The notes under the pieces were generated by a model. The model was given only the letters and a program-made list of their open reading frames with translations. It had not been told where the DNA came from and ran no database searches. Position numbers and translations under genes: made by a program. Below are positions 63,972 to 64,000 of a stretch of DNA of 64,000 nucleotides, in pieces; the first letter of the stretch is position 1, and each line of letters starts with the position of its first letter. The stretch comes from Lytechinus pictus (lineage: Eukaryota). The DNA lies in contig NC_087263.1 in assembly GCF_037042905.1 (NCBI RefSeq), forward strand, positions 13,580,001-13,644,000. Reading direction: 5' to 3'.

Positions 63972-64000
63972 ATGTTGAGCAGGTCACTCCAGTGTAACCC
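63972..64000 (-). CDS. 3' end of a further EGF exon (cut by the window edge)
   Basis: GYTGVTCST followed by a gtaaca donor and the same 93-bp intron. Confidence 0.7.

Noticed and set aside
62182..64000. Naming the gene Notch, Crumbs or fibropellin
   Set aside because: No LNR/ankyrin, laminin-G/ERLI or CUB/avidin parts are seen; EGF repeats alone do not identify it.

Overview
Eukaryotic, repeat-saturated genomic DNA. A sea-urchin-like echinoderm is inferred from the SINE/MITE repertoire and fibropellin-type EGF exons, but not proven. One host gene is visible on the minus strand (64000->42449): tandem phase-1 Ca-binding EGF exons, a ~15 kb TE-filled intron, a SEA-like region, a 4-Cys EGF-like module, one TM helix and a Tyr-rich tail ending in TYF. 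All splice phases I checked are compatible. The rest is transposon-derived: two decayed LINEs, tRNA-SINEs, many MITEs (Tc1/mariner-, hAT-, Harbinger-, Kolobok-, piggyBac-like), three large TAG-ended foldback elements, satellites and an old tandem duplication that supplies empty insertion sites. The most striking structure is a young Tc1 element rearranged into a 780-bp-arm hairpin with two 3' ends (a Mu-killer-like candidate silencer), nested inside another foldback element. A second notable signal is a GCWTGASTGA motif 143-144 bp inside the ends of four otherwise dissimilar MITE families. No rRNA, CRISPR or prokaryotic system is supported. Family assignments come from manual motif recognition, with no database search.
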